From a virus, in the IMG/VR virus record IMGVR_UViG_3300043137_000281: a stretch of 64,000 nt of DNA. One strand, 5' to 3'. This document shows, in pieces, positions 18,091 through 27,403 of this stretch; positions within the stretch are counted from its first letter, which is position 1, and each line of letters opens with the position of its first letter. The translations under genes were made by a program, and so were the position numbers. Below the pieces are notes generated by a model. The model did not search any database. It was not told the origin of the DNA and was given only the letters and a program-made list of their open reading frames with translations.

Positions 18091-19391
18091 TATTTGTCCT
18101 CTCTAAACCTAACGAACCGTGGGAACCGCAGCGAATAGCTGCCGTCTTGGTTCTGAGTTATTACATCGCACAGGATTTCCACTGTGCGACCTACCACATC
18201 ACTCTTCTGATTCCAGAATAGGTCACGCTCGGTGTCACTAAAGCCACTACCAACGTTGACTGTGATATCTTTACCGTGGTCAATGCCACTGCACACCAGA
18301 GCGCCTAGGCGACCCTTGTTGCGACCAGTGCCTTCTTCTAGACCAATGACAGGTAGGTCTACGGTGATAACCGGTTTCCACTTCATCCAGAAGGTGTTGC
18401 GCTTACACTCATACGGTGCTTCCATGTCCTTAATCATGATGCCTTCGAACCCAGCCGTTACCATCTCTGTGGCATACTCATGGAGCTTGGTGCGGCCATC
18501 TTCGGTGCTGAGGTCTACCACAATCTGGCTATCTACCCGCGTAACGTTAGGCATGGCATCAAATACAGGCTGCATTTCAGTCAGGATTGCAAGCCGCTTG
18601 CGTAGCTGTGCATTCCAGAAGCCACGCTTGAAGTCCTCAAGAGGTAGAATGTCAAACACGTTGAACACGGTGTCCTGTGTCTGGACGTTCTCCTTACGCT
18701 GTGCTTGGCGCATCAGGTCTTGAAAGGACTTGCCCATAATCTCGCCATCAAGCACGAAGCCACCCTTGGTTTTAAGGTAAGCGCGGATAGCATACACATT
18801 GCTCAGGACCTGTTGTTCCACATGTGGGAAGTTATCAAATACCTTACCGTTGCGACTGTAGCACGTAGCGGTATTGTCCTCTGTAACCATCAGCAACACA
18901 CGGGCGCCATCCAGCTTAGGCTCAAGCCACTTGGTACCTACCATCTCTGGACGACCTTCGCTGTTAGCAGCAAGCTGGCAACCAAAGGTGGGTATCACGT
19001 AGTCGGTACCCTTGCATACCTTATTGATGGTCTTCTCACTAATACCGCACCGCATATCACGGCGCAGGATAGGGGCAAGAAACAGGTTCCACTCATCACT
19101 GTCAAACTTGAGGGACATGCCAAGAATGGCGTCACGCGCCGCATGACCAGTCAACTGCCTGATAGACAGGTTGGTGAGAAGCATATCAAACTCCTCATAC
19201 GGATTCGGTGCACCAGTGATGCCCTCCGTTGACGGTATCTGCTTCACACCAAATGTGATATACGGATTATAGCAGGTCCGCAGGCCGTTAAGGAAGATAT
19301 GGTCACCTGCAGCCAATGCCCGCGCAAGGACATCTTCCTTGTGCAGGCGGGAATCGGACTGATTCAGTTCTTTTATCCACTTATACTTCAT
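18090..19391 (-). CDS. ATP-dependent DNA ligase
   Basis: Motif I KLDGARV and the C-terminal motif ...RFPRFVRFREDK are typical of ATP-dependent ligases. Confidence 0.8.
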   Translation of the reverse strand: MKYKWIKELNQSDSRLHKEDVLARALAAGDHIFLNGLRTCYNPYITFGVKQIPSTEGITGAPNPYEEFDMLLTNLSIRQLTGHAARDAILGMSLKFDSDEWNLFLAPILRRDMRCGISEKTINKVCKGTDYVIPTFGCQLAANSEGRPEMVGTKWLEPKLDGARVLLMVTEDNTATCYSRNGKVFDNFPHVEQQVLSNVYAIRAYLKTKGGFVLDGEIMGKSFQDLMRQAQRKENVQTQDTVFNVFDILPLEDFKRGFWNAQLRKRLAILTEMQPVFDAMPNVTRVDSQIVVDLSTEDGRTKLHEYATEMVTAGFEGIMIKDMEAPYECKRNTFWMKWKPVITVDLPVIGLEEGTGRNKGRLGALVCSGIDHGKDITVNVGSGFSDTERDLFWNQKSDVVGRTVEILCDVITQNQDGSYSLRFPRFVRFREDK

Positions 19392-19656
19392 TAGGAAACC
19401 TCAACCCAAAAAATTCAATCATAACATCACGGACACCTTCGCGGTCGACCGAGTCAAGCGCAAGGTTCTCGTAGCCAACTCGCTTGGCGTAAATGTCGAA
19501 GGCGTCAAGGATCTGGCGCGAGGACGCACCCATATCATATAGACCACCCTCGGCGTAAAAGTCACCGACATAGGCTAGGAAGTTGCAAATCTGGCTCACA
19601 ACACCTTGAATATTCATACCAACAGGTTCGACTCGCATAACAATCTCCTTTTTCAC
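19381..19656 (-). CDS. Hypothetical protein
   Basis: ORF 91 aa downstream of a promoter cassette. Confidence 0.4.
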   Translation of the reverse strand: MKKEIVMRVEPVGMNIQGVVSQICNFLAYVGDFYAEGGLYDMGASSRQILDAFDIYAKRVGYENLALDSVDREGVRDVMIEFFGLRFPNEV

Positions 19657-19716
19657 TCTATATTCTCATAATAGCAGATTCGTAGGAAATGTCAAGCGGT
19701 TTTTGCTGGTTCTGTC
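19657..19716 (-). promoter_or_regulatory. Promoter cassette with divergent leader, copy 6
   Basis: rc: CCGCTTGACATTTCCTACGAATCTGCTATTATGAGAATATAGAGTGAAAAAGGAGATTGTTATG. Confidence 0.5.
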
Positions 19717-20450
19717 CATCTACCACTGGCGAATACCTCAACTCGCCCGGCTTTGGTCACCCGCATTGCCCCCTCATGTGGCCACGATGGCACTTTCCTC
19801 AGTGCATGATGACTCATCGTGCCCTGTGTATCGGTAGTCAATAGAGACCAACCGCGGTCAAGATATTTCTCCACACGGAATGGCTTCGGTGTGCCCTTGA
19901 AGTTAGGGTTCAGTATAATCTGCTTGCGCTTGATGGCGTCCAGTTGTTGTGGACTGATATACAATTCATCCTTGCTGTAGTCATAGTATGGCATACAGTG
20001 GATGAAATCAAAATACTTGCGGTGAGTGGCCGTTGCCATCGTAATCATTTGGAGACCGCACTTGAGCGTCACGGCATTAGCGGTAACCAGCTTACCATCA
20101 ACCTGGACTTGCGTGAAGTATGGTCCAGTGTCCTTAACGCATTGTAACAAGAGGCCTGCAGGGTCACCGTTCACCACCCGAGCCTGAAAATTGGACATGG
20201 TATTACCATCGTTGAAATAGAAGTCCCAGTCCTTAGGCTCTTCATGGTGCCACAGAGATGCAAAAGCACCGCCGGTAATGATGCCGTCCTTGAAATACTG
20301 GGTATACGACTGAGGAAGTTCTTCCTCAAAGTCTCCCATCTTAGCACGGAAGATATCCTTGATAGTATTAATCTTCCTTACATCTGCACTAGAGAACGCC
20401 ATACCAAAATCATCCATCACTATTAGAGTTGCTTTTTTGCCATGTAACAC
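19692..20450 (-). CDS. Hypothetical protein
   Basis: ORF 252 aa. Confidence 0.45.
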   Translation of the reverse strand: MLHGKKATLIVMDDFGMAFSSADVRKINTIKDIFRAKMGDFEEELPQSYTQYFKDGIITGGAFASLWHHEEPKDWDFYFNDGNTMSNFQARVVNGDPAGLLLQCVKDTGPYFTQVQVDGKLVTANAVTLKCGLQMITMATATHRKYFDFIHCMPYYDYSKDELYISPQQLDAIKRKQIILNPNFKGTPKPFRVEKYLDRGWSLLTTDTQGTMSHHALRKVPSWPHEGAMRVTKAGRVEVFASGRWTEPAKTA

Positions 20451-20728
20451 TAGTCGGTAGGGTACGGCAGGCGGTGGGGACTGTTTACAAAATCGCGGGC
20501 AAAGTCAAGCGCCGCGTCTGCGGTATAGTATGAACGGGTATCAACCCACTCGTTGTTCTCCCAGTAGCGGACCATGTATGCGGTGCGCCAAGGAGCCGTA
20601 GTCGAGTCGTTGTCAACTTCCTCATTCCATACGAGGGCTGTGCGGTGTTCTACCGACCACTCATCAATCAAATCACCCCATCCATCGAGGTTCTTGATAT
20701 ATTCCAATGTCTCTTCAATGGTATACAT
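20450..20728 (-). CDS. Hypothetical protein
   Basis: ORF 92 aa, Trp-rich. Confidence 0.4.
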   Translation of the reverse strand: MYTIEETLEYIKNLDGWGDLIDEWSVEHRTALVWNEEVDNDSTTAPWRTAYMVRYWENNEWVDTRSYYTADAALDFARDFVNSPHRLPYPTD

Positions 20729-20790
20729 AACTTCTCACTTTCTATAATCACTTATAGACGATTCGCAGGCAAATGTCAAGAAAATAAATG
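20729..20790 (-). promoter_or_regulatory. Promoter-leader cassette, copy 7
   Basis: rc: TTTTCTTGACATTTGCCTGCGAATCGTCTATAAGTGATTATAGAAAGTGAGAAGTTATG. Confidence 0.5.
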
Positions 20791-21858
20791 GTCCAATGTG
20801 ATAGGCACAGGCTTCTCAGGCTTTTTTGAGAATACCATAATGCTCTCATCGGTATTGATATCTACCTTGGCACTGGGTCTGGTTATATTCTTTAGCGTGA
20901 GGGACTCCACGTAATAAAATCCCAGACTTTCTGCAATCTCTCTTGTGTCTGCGCACAACTTATAATCGAGGAAATCTTTGATGTTGACTAGCATCTTTCC
21001 ATCATCAACCAAATACTTCTTGATGTTTTCCAGAGTGGGTCTTAGATATGTATCAAGCCATTCTTGATATGTGGTACCTGGCTTATATGACTGGTCACCA
21101 ATTCTATAATCTTCTAGGCTGAAATATGGAGGACTACTAAATGCTACACCGATGGTGTTCTCCCACTCTGGAACAAACGTTTGAGAACCATGGCATCGGA
21201 TGTCATACTTCGCCGATGTGCCATTCACGGCATTATAATCAGTAGCCATTTGGTTGAGACGTTCTACTAACAGATTATTCGGGTCAGTACCATAATATTC
21301 CACTCGGTTCCTCAGTGATGACAGCATTCTAACGCCCCAACCACAAGAGAAGTCATAGTATTTACCGTTGATATTATACCTAGATAGAATGGAGTCAACA
21401 GACTTGATTGGGTAGTTAGACGGCTTCATTGCAACGCCACCACCACTAAGCCGCAAGGCAGCCTCAAAGTTCTTGATATCTGAATCCGTCTTCGGATATA
21501 CCTTGTCACTAGAAAGCACCCTGCTCCAAAAGTATCGAATCAAATCCGTAGATTCAAATACCTCTTCAATTGACCACCGTGGAGACTCCAGTTTCACCTT
21601 GGCCATAAGGTCTTTTACATAGTAACTGGTAATGGTGCTTATGATAGTGCCGCCATTGAATACTGATTCAAGATTTTTCTTGACCAGTTCAAAATCAGGC
21701 TTTTCGTAATACGCAGCCTTCAATTGTAAGCACTTATCCTCTGGCAAGTCCACCCAGTGGTCGGTATGAAGTGTCTTGCCTAGATGGGTAATTTGATATT
21801 TTTTGGCCATACTACAATCAAGCAACCTTCTGGTATGGCTTGTTCCAGTCACCAGCAT
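20776..21858 (-). CDS. DNA methyltransferase (SPPY motif IV; N4-C or N6-A class)
   Basis: DFSCGWG (motif I-like) ... AFSSPPYF (motif IV). Confidence 0.55.
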   Translation of the reverse strand: MLVTGTSHTRRLLDCSMAKKYQITHLGKTLHTDHWVDLPEDKCLQLKAAYYEKPDFELVKKNLESVFNGGTIISTITSYYVKDLMAKVKLESPRWSIEEVFESTDLIRYFWSRVLSSDKVYPKTDSDIKNFEAALRLSGGGVAMKPSNYPIKSVDSILSRYNINGKYYDFSCGWGVRMLSSLRNRVEYYGTDPNNLLVERLNQMATDYNAVNGTSAKYDIRCHGSQTFVPEWENTIGVAFSSPPYFSLEDYRIGDQSYKPGTTYQEWLDTYLRPTLENIKKYLVDDGKMLVNIKDFLDYKLCADTREIAESLGFYYVESLTLKNITRPSAKVDINTDESIMVFSKKPEKPVPITLDHLFS

Positions 21859-22174
21859 TTACGTTGACGTACCAACCCACATCGAAGTAATCTATCTGTG
21901 AATTGCTGTTATCGTGGTTGCCATCGTGCATGGCGGCTTTGACTTCTTCGAGGAAGGCCAATTCCTTACCCTGATAATTGTCTGCTAACCAATACAAATT
22001 AACTTGGCTATAGCCACGGTCATTGTTGACCAGGTCAAGAGGACCAGACTTAAGGTTGAGAACAAGGGTGCTGTAGTTGCGAACCGCAAGACTACCCTTC
22101 ATATTATACTTCTTGAGGACTGCCTTAATCTTAGGGGCAAGACGAGCCTTCTCACTTTGGTTCATATAAGCCAT
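21818..22174 (-). CDS. Hypothetical protein
   Basis: ORF 118 aa. Confidence 0.4.
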   Translation of the reverse strand: MAYMNQSEKARLAPKIKAVLKKYNMKGSLAVRNYSTLVLNLKSGPLDLVNNDRGYSQVNLYWLADNYQGKELAFLEEVKAAMHDGNHDNSNSQIDYFDVGWYVNVNAGDWNKPYQKVA

Positions 22175-22245
22175 AACGAATCACCTTTCTCACTGACTAC
22201 TTTTATAATATACTCGATTCGCAATCAAATGTCAAGCGGTCATTT
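22175..22245 (-). promoter_or_regulatory. Promoter-leader cassette, copy 8
   Basis: rc: CCGCTTGACATTTGATTGCGAATCGAGTATATTATAAAAGTAGTCAGTGAGAAAGGTGATTCGTTATG. Confidence 0.55.
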
Positions 22246-22449
22246 CACGACGGGCGCAAAGGCTTCGGCCGCAAGAGCGGCAGGAGCAACAGGCATCGCC
22301 AAGACTTCTTCGTTGGCGAAGAGCCGCATCACACCGTTGGGCTTGATGAGCCAGACGGCTTTCTGAGGGGCAGGGTTGTTGTACCAGACCCGAACGGGGA
22401 GTTCTTCGTGGATCACAACTAGGTCGAGGGCAGGCTGGGCAACAATCAT
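22240..22449 (-). CDS. Hypothetical small protein
   Basis: 69 aa ORF directly after a promoter-leader cassette. Confidence 0.35.
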   Translation of the reverse strand: MIVAQPALDLVVIHEELPVRVWYNNPAPQKAVWLIKPNGVMRLFANEEVLAMPVAPAALAAEAFAPVVK

Positions 22450-22520
22450 TTCGAATCACTTTCTCTCACTGACTACATTATTGAATATAGCAGATTCGTG
22501 AGGAAAGTCAAGCGAATAAT
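22450..22520 (-). promoter_or_regulatory. Promoter-leader cassette, copy 9
   Basis: rc: TCGCTTGACTTTCCTCACGAATCTGCTATATTCAATAATGTAGTCAGTGAGAGAAAGTGATTCGAAATG. Confidence 0.55.
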
Positions 22521-23569
22521 TTTTCCAAAGAGGGTGTGGGAATAATATTCAAATCCATCATCACGGTCTCCAATAGAGAATGGACATAGTGCCTACTCAA
22601 TATTTTTTGTGTTGGTCCCATATAGTTTGCCAGAAACAAATCACGATAAAGATGCCTGTATTCAGCCATTCTTTTCTGAAATTCATCTACAATTCTTTTT
22701 TGGTCAGATTCCGTGATAGTATGGTCAGGTAGAGTAATTTGGTATGTGGTAAAACTTTTAGGAGAGCAATAGATTGCATCACCTGAATTGTATTTCACAC
22801 CATTACTCCACTTACCATTATCCAGTAGACCCACAACAAGATTTGTATTGGGAGGTGGCATACCAACATCCGTCTTTACGATGTTGATACCCCTGGCTCG
22901 ATTTATGTCCAGAAAGAATTTTTCGCCATATAGAAAATTATTTTCCGCTTTCAAAACTATATCGACGGTTTCACCTGAAGATAGAGACATTGGAAACTGT
23001 TGAGTATCACGGCGACCACGTTTCAGATGAATAACGCATATACCAGTGGTAGCATCATCAAAAACAGGAGTATTCCAATACTTCGCACTGACAATATGGT
23101 GAGTTTCGAATAGTTTCTTTCTTATACCTGCTCGACTCTCACAAAAAAAATTACTAGGAAGAACTTCTAAGGCTTCCTCACAATCAATTGCCAAACTTGC
23201 TAAATGGCATTTATAGTAATCGTTTTGTCCCCATTTATCATACACACTCTTGTCACCCTTACACTTGTTCTTTGCCAGATAAGGAGGATTAGTTACCACC
23301 AACATATCTTTGTATGATGGTGGATTATTCAAACTATCATTCTGTATGGTATTTGGATAATTAGGCTGTAAATCATATGTAACTACTGACTTCGCGCCAT
23401 TTCTAATTGACCATTCCAACAAGTCACCGCCACCGGCAAATGGATCAACTACAATTTTATCTTTCACCAACTCCTCATAGCCAGCGAGAATATAGTCGCT
23501 GTTCGTGGTGTAAAATTGGCCAAGGGCCTGCTTTTGTGATTGTGAAACGTGACGTTTAGCCAACTTCAA
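22508..23569 (-). CDS. N6-adenine DNA methyltransferase
   Basis: LGQFYTT (motif X), VVDPFAGGGDL (motif I), LVVTNPPYL (motif IV NPPY). Confidence 0.7.
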   Translation of the reverse strand: MKLAKRHVSQSQKQALGQFYTTNSDYILAGYEELVKDKIVVDPFAGGGDLLEWSIRNGAKSVVTYDLQPNYPNTIQNDSLNNPPSYKDMLVVTNPPYLAKNKCKGDKSVYDKWGQNDYYKCHLASLAIDCEEALEVLPSNFFCESRAGIRKKLFETHHIVSAKYWNTPVFDDATTGICVIHLKRGRRDTQQFPMSLSSGETVDIVLKAENNFLYGEKFFLDINRARGINIVKTDVGMPPPNTNLVVGLLDNGKWSNGVKYNSGDAIYCSPKSFTTYQITLPDHTITESDQKRIVDEFQKRMAEYRHLYRDLFLANYMGPTQKILSRHYVHSLLETVMMDLNIIPTPSLEKLFA

Positions 23570-24047
23570 CTGCTCCGATCAATCCCAGAGTGTTTTCGTT
23601 GCCGTAATACATGTATGTACCACTGTCGCCGTTTTTGCCACCATGCTGCGGCGAAAATATGCCATTTGCCACATTTTCTAATACTTTTTCTTTTGTCATG
23701 GACATGATAATGATTTTATCAGGATAAAACATGCTGAAAATCATTTGTGCATAGTCTTGCTTGGGTCGAATTTGTAGAAAAGTGAACAAATCGGTGTTCT
23801 TCATCAAGCAACTACCCTTGATTTCCGATTTCACACCGTCAATGATTCGGTCGTGATCGCTGTTCACCGGTTTATTTACCACTGACCCTCGACCACACAA
23901 AACGTTCTCAGTAATGAGTTCGTAGTATTTGCCTTTTTGCTTGGCACCCATGGCTTTTACAAATTTCATTGGGGTATTGTCGTACCGCGTATCGCGGTCT
24001 TCGGGCAATAAGAGTTCGGGAGAAACTTCTTCATAAATATAAGACAT
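23556..24047 (-). CDS. Hypothetical protein
   Basis: ORF 163 aa. Confidence 0.4.
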   Translation of the reverse strand: MSYIYEEVSPELLLPEDRDTRYDNTPMKFVKAMGAKQKGKYYELITENVLCGRGSVVNKPVNSDHDRIIDGVKSEIKGSCLMKNTDLFTFLQIRPKQDYAQMIFSMFYPDKIIIMSMTKEKVLENVANGIFSPQHGGKNGDSGTYMYYGNENTLGLIGAVEVG

Positions 24048-24106
24048 AAAACCTCACTGATTACTTTCTAAATATAGCAGATTCGCAATCAAATGTCAAG
24101 CACTAT
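24048..24106 (-). promoter_or_regulatory. Promoter-leader cassette, copy 10
   Basis: Contains aaatgtcaagcac ... atagcagattcgcaatc ... cactgattactttc. Confidence 0.5.
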
Positions 24107-24780
24107 TTTTTGTTGGCAGCGTCTTCCTTCTTGCCGATAGGATTACGAACTTCGGCAGAGGCTATCTTGCGGATGTGCTTATGGACCTGTGTCAGGCCAT
24201 GTTCGTCTGCGTGGTCATTATCCACAATGTGCATGTTCTCACGACCGAAATGCTTCTGGAAGTGGCCGATGTTGCCTTGCACTTGCTTGTGCATTCTTTC
24301 GACTTCGTGATGGGGAAGGCTGCGTTCACGTTGGTCGTTGCGCTTCTTGGCTGTTTCCAGTGAGGTGTTGACGAACACCATATGAGTATCGTAGCCCATC
24401 TTACGGAGATGCTCGGAGTGCTTTCTAATCTTCTCTGGGTCTTTACCTGTGCCGTCAATAACCAAGCCAAGGCGACCCTTGTGGTAATGATGTTCACGCT
24501 TCTTGGTTAGTTCCTTGGCATGGGCACGGATTTCTTGGCCCTTCTTGGAGTAGATATTTTCTGGTGTCGCAGCCAAACCATGCTTCTTCATACCCTTCTC
24601 GAATAGGTCATCCGAGTTGACATGCTTGAAGCCAAGACCATGTGTGGTCTTCTTAGATACATATGACTTGCCTGACCCTGGACCGCCTGCTAGGAAGATA
24701 GCCTTACGTCTAGCTGGGTCGTGGATACCCTCATCTAGAACTTCTTCTACGAGGTTGATAAAATCGGCAAATGATAACAT
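24103..24780 (-). CDS. P-loop kinase, polynucleotide-kinase (AAA_33)-like
   Basis: Walker A IFLAGGPGSGKSY (compare T4 Pnk GCPGSGKST). Walker B LVIDGTG. His/Lys-rich C-terminus. Confidence 0.5.
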   Translation of the reverse strand: MLSFADFINLVEEVLDEGIHDPARRKAIFLAGGPGSGKSYVSKKTTHGLGFKHVNSDDLFEKGMKKHGLAATPENIYSKKGQEIRAHAKELTKKREHHYHKGRLGLVIDGTGKDPEKIRKHSEHLRKMGYDTHMVFVNTSLETAKKRNDQRERSLPHHEVERMHKQVQGNIGHFQKHFGRENMHIVDNDHADEHGLTQVHKHIRKIASAEVRNPIGKKEDAANKK

Positions 24781-24816
24781 AATAGACTCCGTAAATATAT
24801 TCTGTCTATTTATATC

Positions 24817-25401
24817 TTACCGACCCTTTACCAAATCGTAAATGTCAGCCCACGTTTCAGCACGATACGCCAGCTTACCACCAACATTCACCATGCTGTT
24901 GGCATTGTGTTCGTGGTCAATCAGAATGCCACGCAGGCCGACTTTTAGACCGGCTTCGACGTTCTCTGGCTTATCTTCAATCCAGAACAGGCCACTGTCT
25001 TTGTAGGGTGCAAGCGCATCGTCTTTGTCTGCACCACAGTCGAGGCAAATCACGCTTTCGATGGCGTCACCGAAGAACTGCTTAAGGTTTGCTTCACGCG
25101 CTTTGACAGCCCATGGGTCCTTGCTCAGGCTGGTAATGACACGGAACTGATAACCCTGCTCTTCATACATACGCCGAACATAGTATAGGGCATCGCGGAA
25201 GGGCTTTAGGAAGCCGATGGCTGCGCTCTCGTTGAACTCACGCACCAGTTCCTTACTCTTCTTCTTGTCAATACCATAGCGGTCGTTGATGCCATAGACA
25301 TCTGTGCGAACTTCTTGATAGCCCTGGAGAGCCATCCACTCAATAAACGTTTGGTTCCAGTCTAGTAGAACACCATCACAGTCGGTCAGTATTAGCTTCA
25401 T
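24817..25401 (-). CDS. HAD-superfamily phosphatase
   Basis: N-terminal LILTDCDGVLLDW (DxDG HAD motif I). Confidence 0.6.
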   Translation of the reverse strand: MKLILTDCDGVLLDWNQTFIEWMALQGYQEVRTDVYGINDRYGIDKKKSKELVREFNESAAIGFLKPFRDALYYVRRMYEEQGYQFRVITSLSKDPWAVKAREANLKQFFGDAIESVICLDCGADKDDALAPYKDSGLFWIEDKPENVEAGLKVGLRGILIDHEHNANSMVNVGGKLAYRAETWADIYDLVKGR

Positions 25402-25458
25402 TATTATCTTTCTCTAAATTACTTGTTGACTATAGCAGATTTTACTGCCATGTCAAGT
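25402..25458 (-). promoter_or_regulatory. Promoter cassette (variant), copy 11
   Basis: rc: AATGACTTGACATGGCAGTAAAATCTGCTATAGTCAACAAGTAATTTAGAGAAAGATAATAATG. Confidence 0.45.
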
Positions 25459-26016
25459 CATTTTCATCACATCGTCAAAAGAAATCGGAGTGAAATTAAT
25501 CTGCTCCACACATACACACAGATAGCGAGGATCGGGATGTAAGTAACTACCAGGCTGTGTGTGACTAGAACTTATTAGCGTTTCATCAATCATAATCCGA
25601 TTGCCATGCAGGTGACCATGAACGTTACGCTTGAACCTCTCACCTACACAGTCTGGATGCAGGGGAATATGAGACAGGATGAACTGATCCACAAACACGC
25701 GAACGCCATGAATCTGTTCGAATCCTGCCTCATAATAGTCCTTATCCTTGAAAATGTCATGGTTTCCACGGATAAGGATTTTCCGCCCATTCAGACGCTT
25801 CACTGTTTCCAGGTGGCGTCGGGCGATTACTACGTCACCCAGATGATACACTGTATCCTGAGGTCTGACGACTCTGTTCCAGTTATCTACCATCGTCTCG
25901 TCCATCTCTTCTGTAGAGGTGAACGGACGCAACGGACTACCATCCGACAACGTGAACTTCTCCCACGTATTGGTGTGCCCGAAATGAGTATCACTGATTA
26001 GAAATCTATTTGCCAT
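25453..26016 (-). CDS. Metallophosphoesterase (calcineurin-like Ser/Thr phosphatase family)
   Basis: ISDTHFGH, RGNHD and HGHLHG motifs. Probable start at MANRFLISD. The ORF track gives 26088. Confidence 0.6.
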   Translation of the reverse strand: MANRFLISDTHFGHTNTWEKFTLSDGSPLRPFTSTEEMDETMVDNWNRVVRPQDTVYHLGDVVIARRHLETVKRLNGRKILIRGNHDIFKDKDYYEAGFEQIHGVRVFVDQFILSHIPLHPDCVGERFKRNVHGHLHGNRIMIDETLISSSHTQPGSYLHPDPRYLCVCVEQINFTPISFDDVMKMT

Positions 26017-26483
26017 TATGCTACCTTCTGCGCGGCCTGCCACTTGGCGAACAGGCCGACTTCCATTCCGTATGCTTCGATTTCCCATGGGCTATCGTAG
26101 TAGGCGTCTTGGCGGCGACCTGGCTTCCATACTTCACCCATCCACTTGCTGTGCATCTTCAAGCCACCACGTGCGGCGACCATGATGCCGCTCTGCAACT
26201 CGTTCTTGGCATGTTGCTTGACATGGACCATTTCATGTGCGAGGGTCTTGATCATCTCATCAATCTTTTGGTTTTTGAGACTGATGGTGAAGAACCGAGG
26301 GTTCCGAGCGCCATCTTCATCGATACATTCACCCTCAACGTCCAGGTTCTTGCTAATCTCAAGGTCGATCATCAGGTTGCGGACCATTCGTGGGTCCATC
26401 AACTTGGCGGCGAAAAATTCAGCAGCCTCGATCAGCGCAATCGCATCGCGCTTTCCGATCATTCCCGTGACATTGATTTGCAT
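26016..26483 (-). CDS. HExxH-motif protein (putative zinc metallopeptidase-like)
   Basis: LAHEMVHVKQH motif. Confidence 0.4.
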   Translation of the reverse strand: MQINVTGMIGKRDAIALIEAAEFFAAKLMDPRMVRNLMIDLEISKNLDVEGECIDEDGARNPRFFTISLKNQKIDEMIKTLAHEMVHVKQHAKNELQSGIMVAARGGLKMHSKWMGEVWKPGRRQDAYYDSPWEIEAYGMEVGLFAKWQAAQKVA

Positions 26484-26546
26484 GATTCGTTCTCTCTACT
26501 AACTACTCTCTTACAATAGCAGATTCGTAGGAAAAGTCAAGTGTTA
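26484..26546 (-). promoter_or_regulatory. Promoter-leader cassette, copy 12
   Basis: Contains aaagtcaagtg ... atagcagattcgtagg ... gattcgttctctctactaactact. Confidence 0.5.
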
Positions 26547-26722
26547 TCTTCAATCCATTCGATTTGATGATTGGCTACCGTAATGGTAATGATGTTACCT
26601 GCATCGTCCTCAAGGGTCATCTCCACCGCAGTGGAGTTTTCTCTCCGCTTGGCTTGATGGACAAAATAAGTCTTGCCCACATGCTGCCACTCGTCGTTGT
26701 GGATTCTACAGTTGCTTGTCAT
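26537..26722 (-). CDS. Hypothetical small protein
   Basis: ORF 61 aa. Confidence 0.3.
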   Translation of the reverse strand: MTSNCRIHNDEWQHVGKTYFVHQAKRRENSTAVEMTLEDDAGNIITITVANHQIEWIEDNT

Positions 26723-26900
26723 ATAGGGCTGACCTGATATCCTTGTATGCTTGGTCTAGAATGGTCTTGATATGAGCCTTTTCTGATGGCATGGCACCCT
26801 TGGCTTCAATGTAAATGTTACAATTGAGAGTGCTTTCACCAGCTTCTGTTTCCATGTCGCTGGTCATATCGCTGTAAAATAGTTGTGTGTTGATATTCAT
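26706..26900 (-). CDS. Hypothetical small protein
   Basis: ORF 64 aa. Confidence 0.3.
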   Translation of the reverse strand: MNINTQLFYSDMTSDMETEAGESTLNCNIYIEAKGAMPSEKAHIKTILDQAYKDIRSALYDKQL

Positions 26901-27100
26901 TACAAATCTCCTATACCATGTAGTTGTTTCAAATGTTCAATTTCTGTTTTGATTTTTAGCTTGCGGCGCTTGATTGTATTCACCAGCCAGTTTTGCGGCT
27001 GAGGGCGCTGCATTAGAATATCAAGACTTTCGTCTTGTTCGTGGTGTTTCTGTTCAAGTGCTTTAATGTGATTTATTACGCTCTGTTTATCCATATTCAC
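26900..27100 (-). CDS. Hypothetical small protein
   Basis: ORF 66 aa, coupled stop/start. Confidence 0.3.
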   Translation of the reverse strand: MNMDKQSVINHIKALEQKHHEQDESLDILMQRPQPQNWLVNTIKRRKLKIKTEIEHLKQLHGIGDL

Positions 27101-27101
27101 C

Positions 27102-27401
27102 TCACATGTATTTGCGTATGGACTCCATAGTGGACCTTACGTCTTGCTGTTGTTCTACATCTTTTGTAAATTTGTTAATGACATGGCGCCAGTCGCCTTT
27201 GTCCATGACAGTAGTAAGAATATTTTTAGAAAGTACCTGCAGAAGGGAGCCGAGTGCGATGAGGTCTTCTTCATCATCACAATACATCACAATCTCTTGG
27301 ACATATGTATCAACATCTTCTATCAGAGAAACACGCTTTTGTTTGCGTTCTCTACCAGTAAGTCTACGAGTTGGATCATAAGAGTTATCAATCATATTCA
27401 T
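27102..27401 (-). CDS. Hypothetical protein
   Basis: ORF 99 aa. Confidence 0.35.
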   Translation of the reverse strand: MNMIDNSYDPTRRLTGRERKQKRVSLIEDVDTYVQEIVMYCDDEEDLIALGSLLQVLSKNILTTVMDKGDWRHVINKFTKDVEQQQDVRSTMESIRKYM

Positions 27402-27403
27402 AT

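Noticed and set aside
18232-19232. Plus-strand ORFs 18232..18723 and 18705..19232
   Set aside because: They are entirely antisense to the DNA ligase gene, with low-complexity Ser/Arg/Pro composition typical of shadow ORFs.
26010-26519. Plus-strand ORFs 26010..26519 and 26146..26502
   Set aside because: They are antisense to the HExxH gene. There is no RBS or promoter cassette, and every neighbour is on the minus strand.
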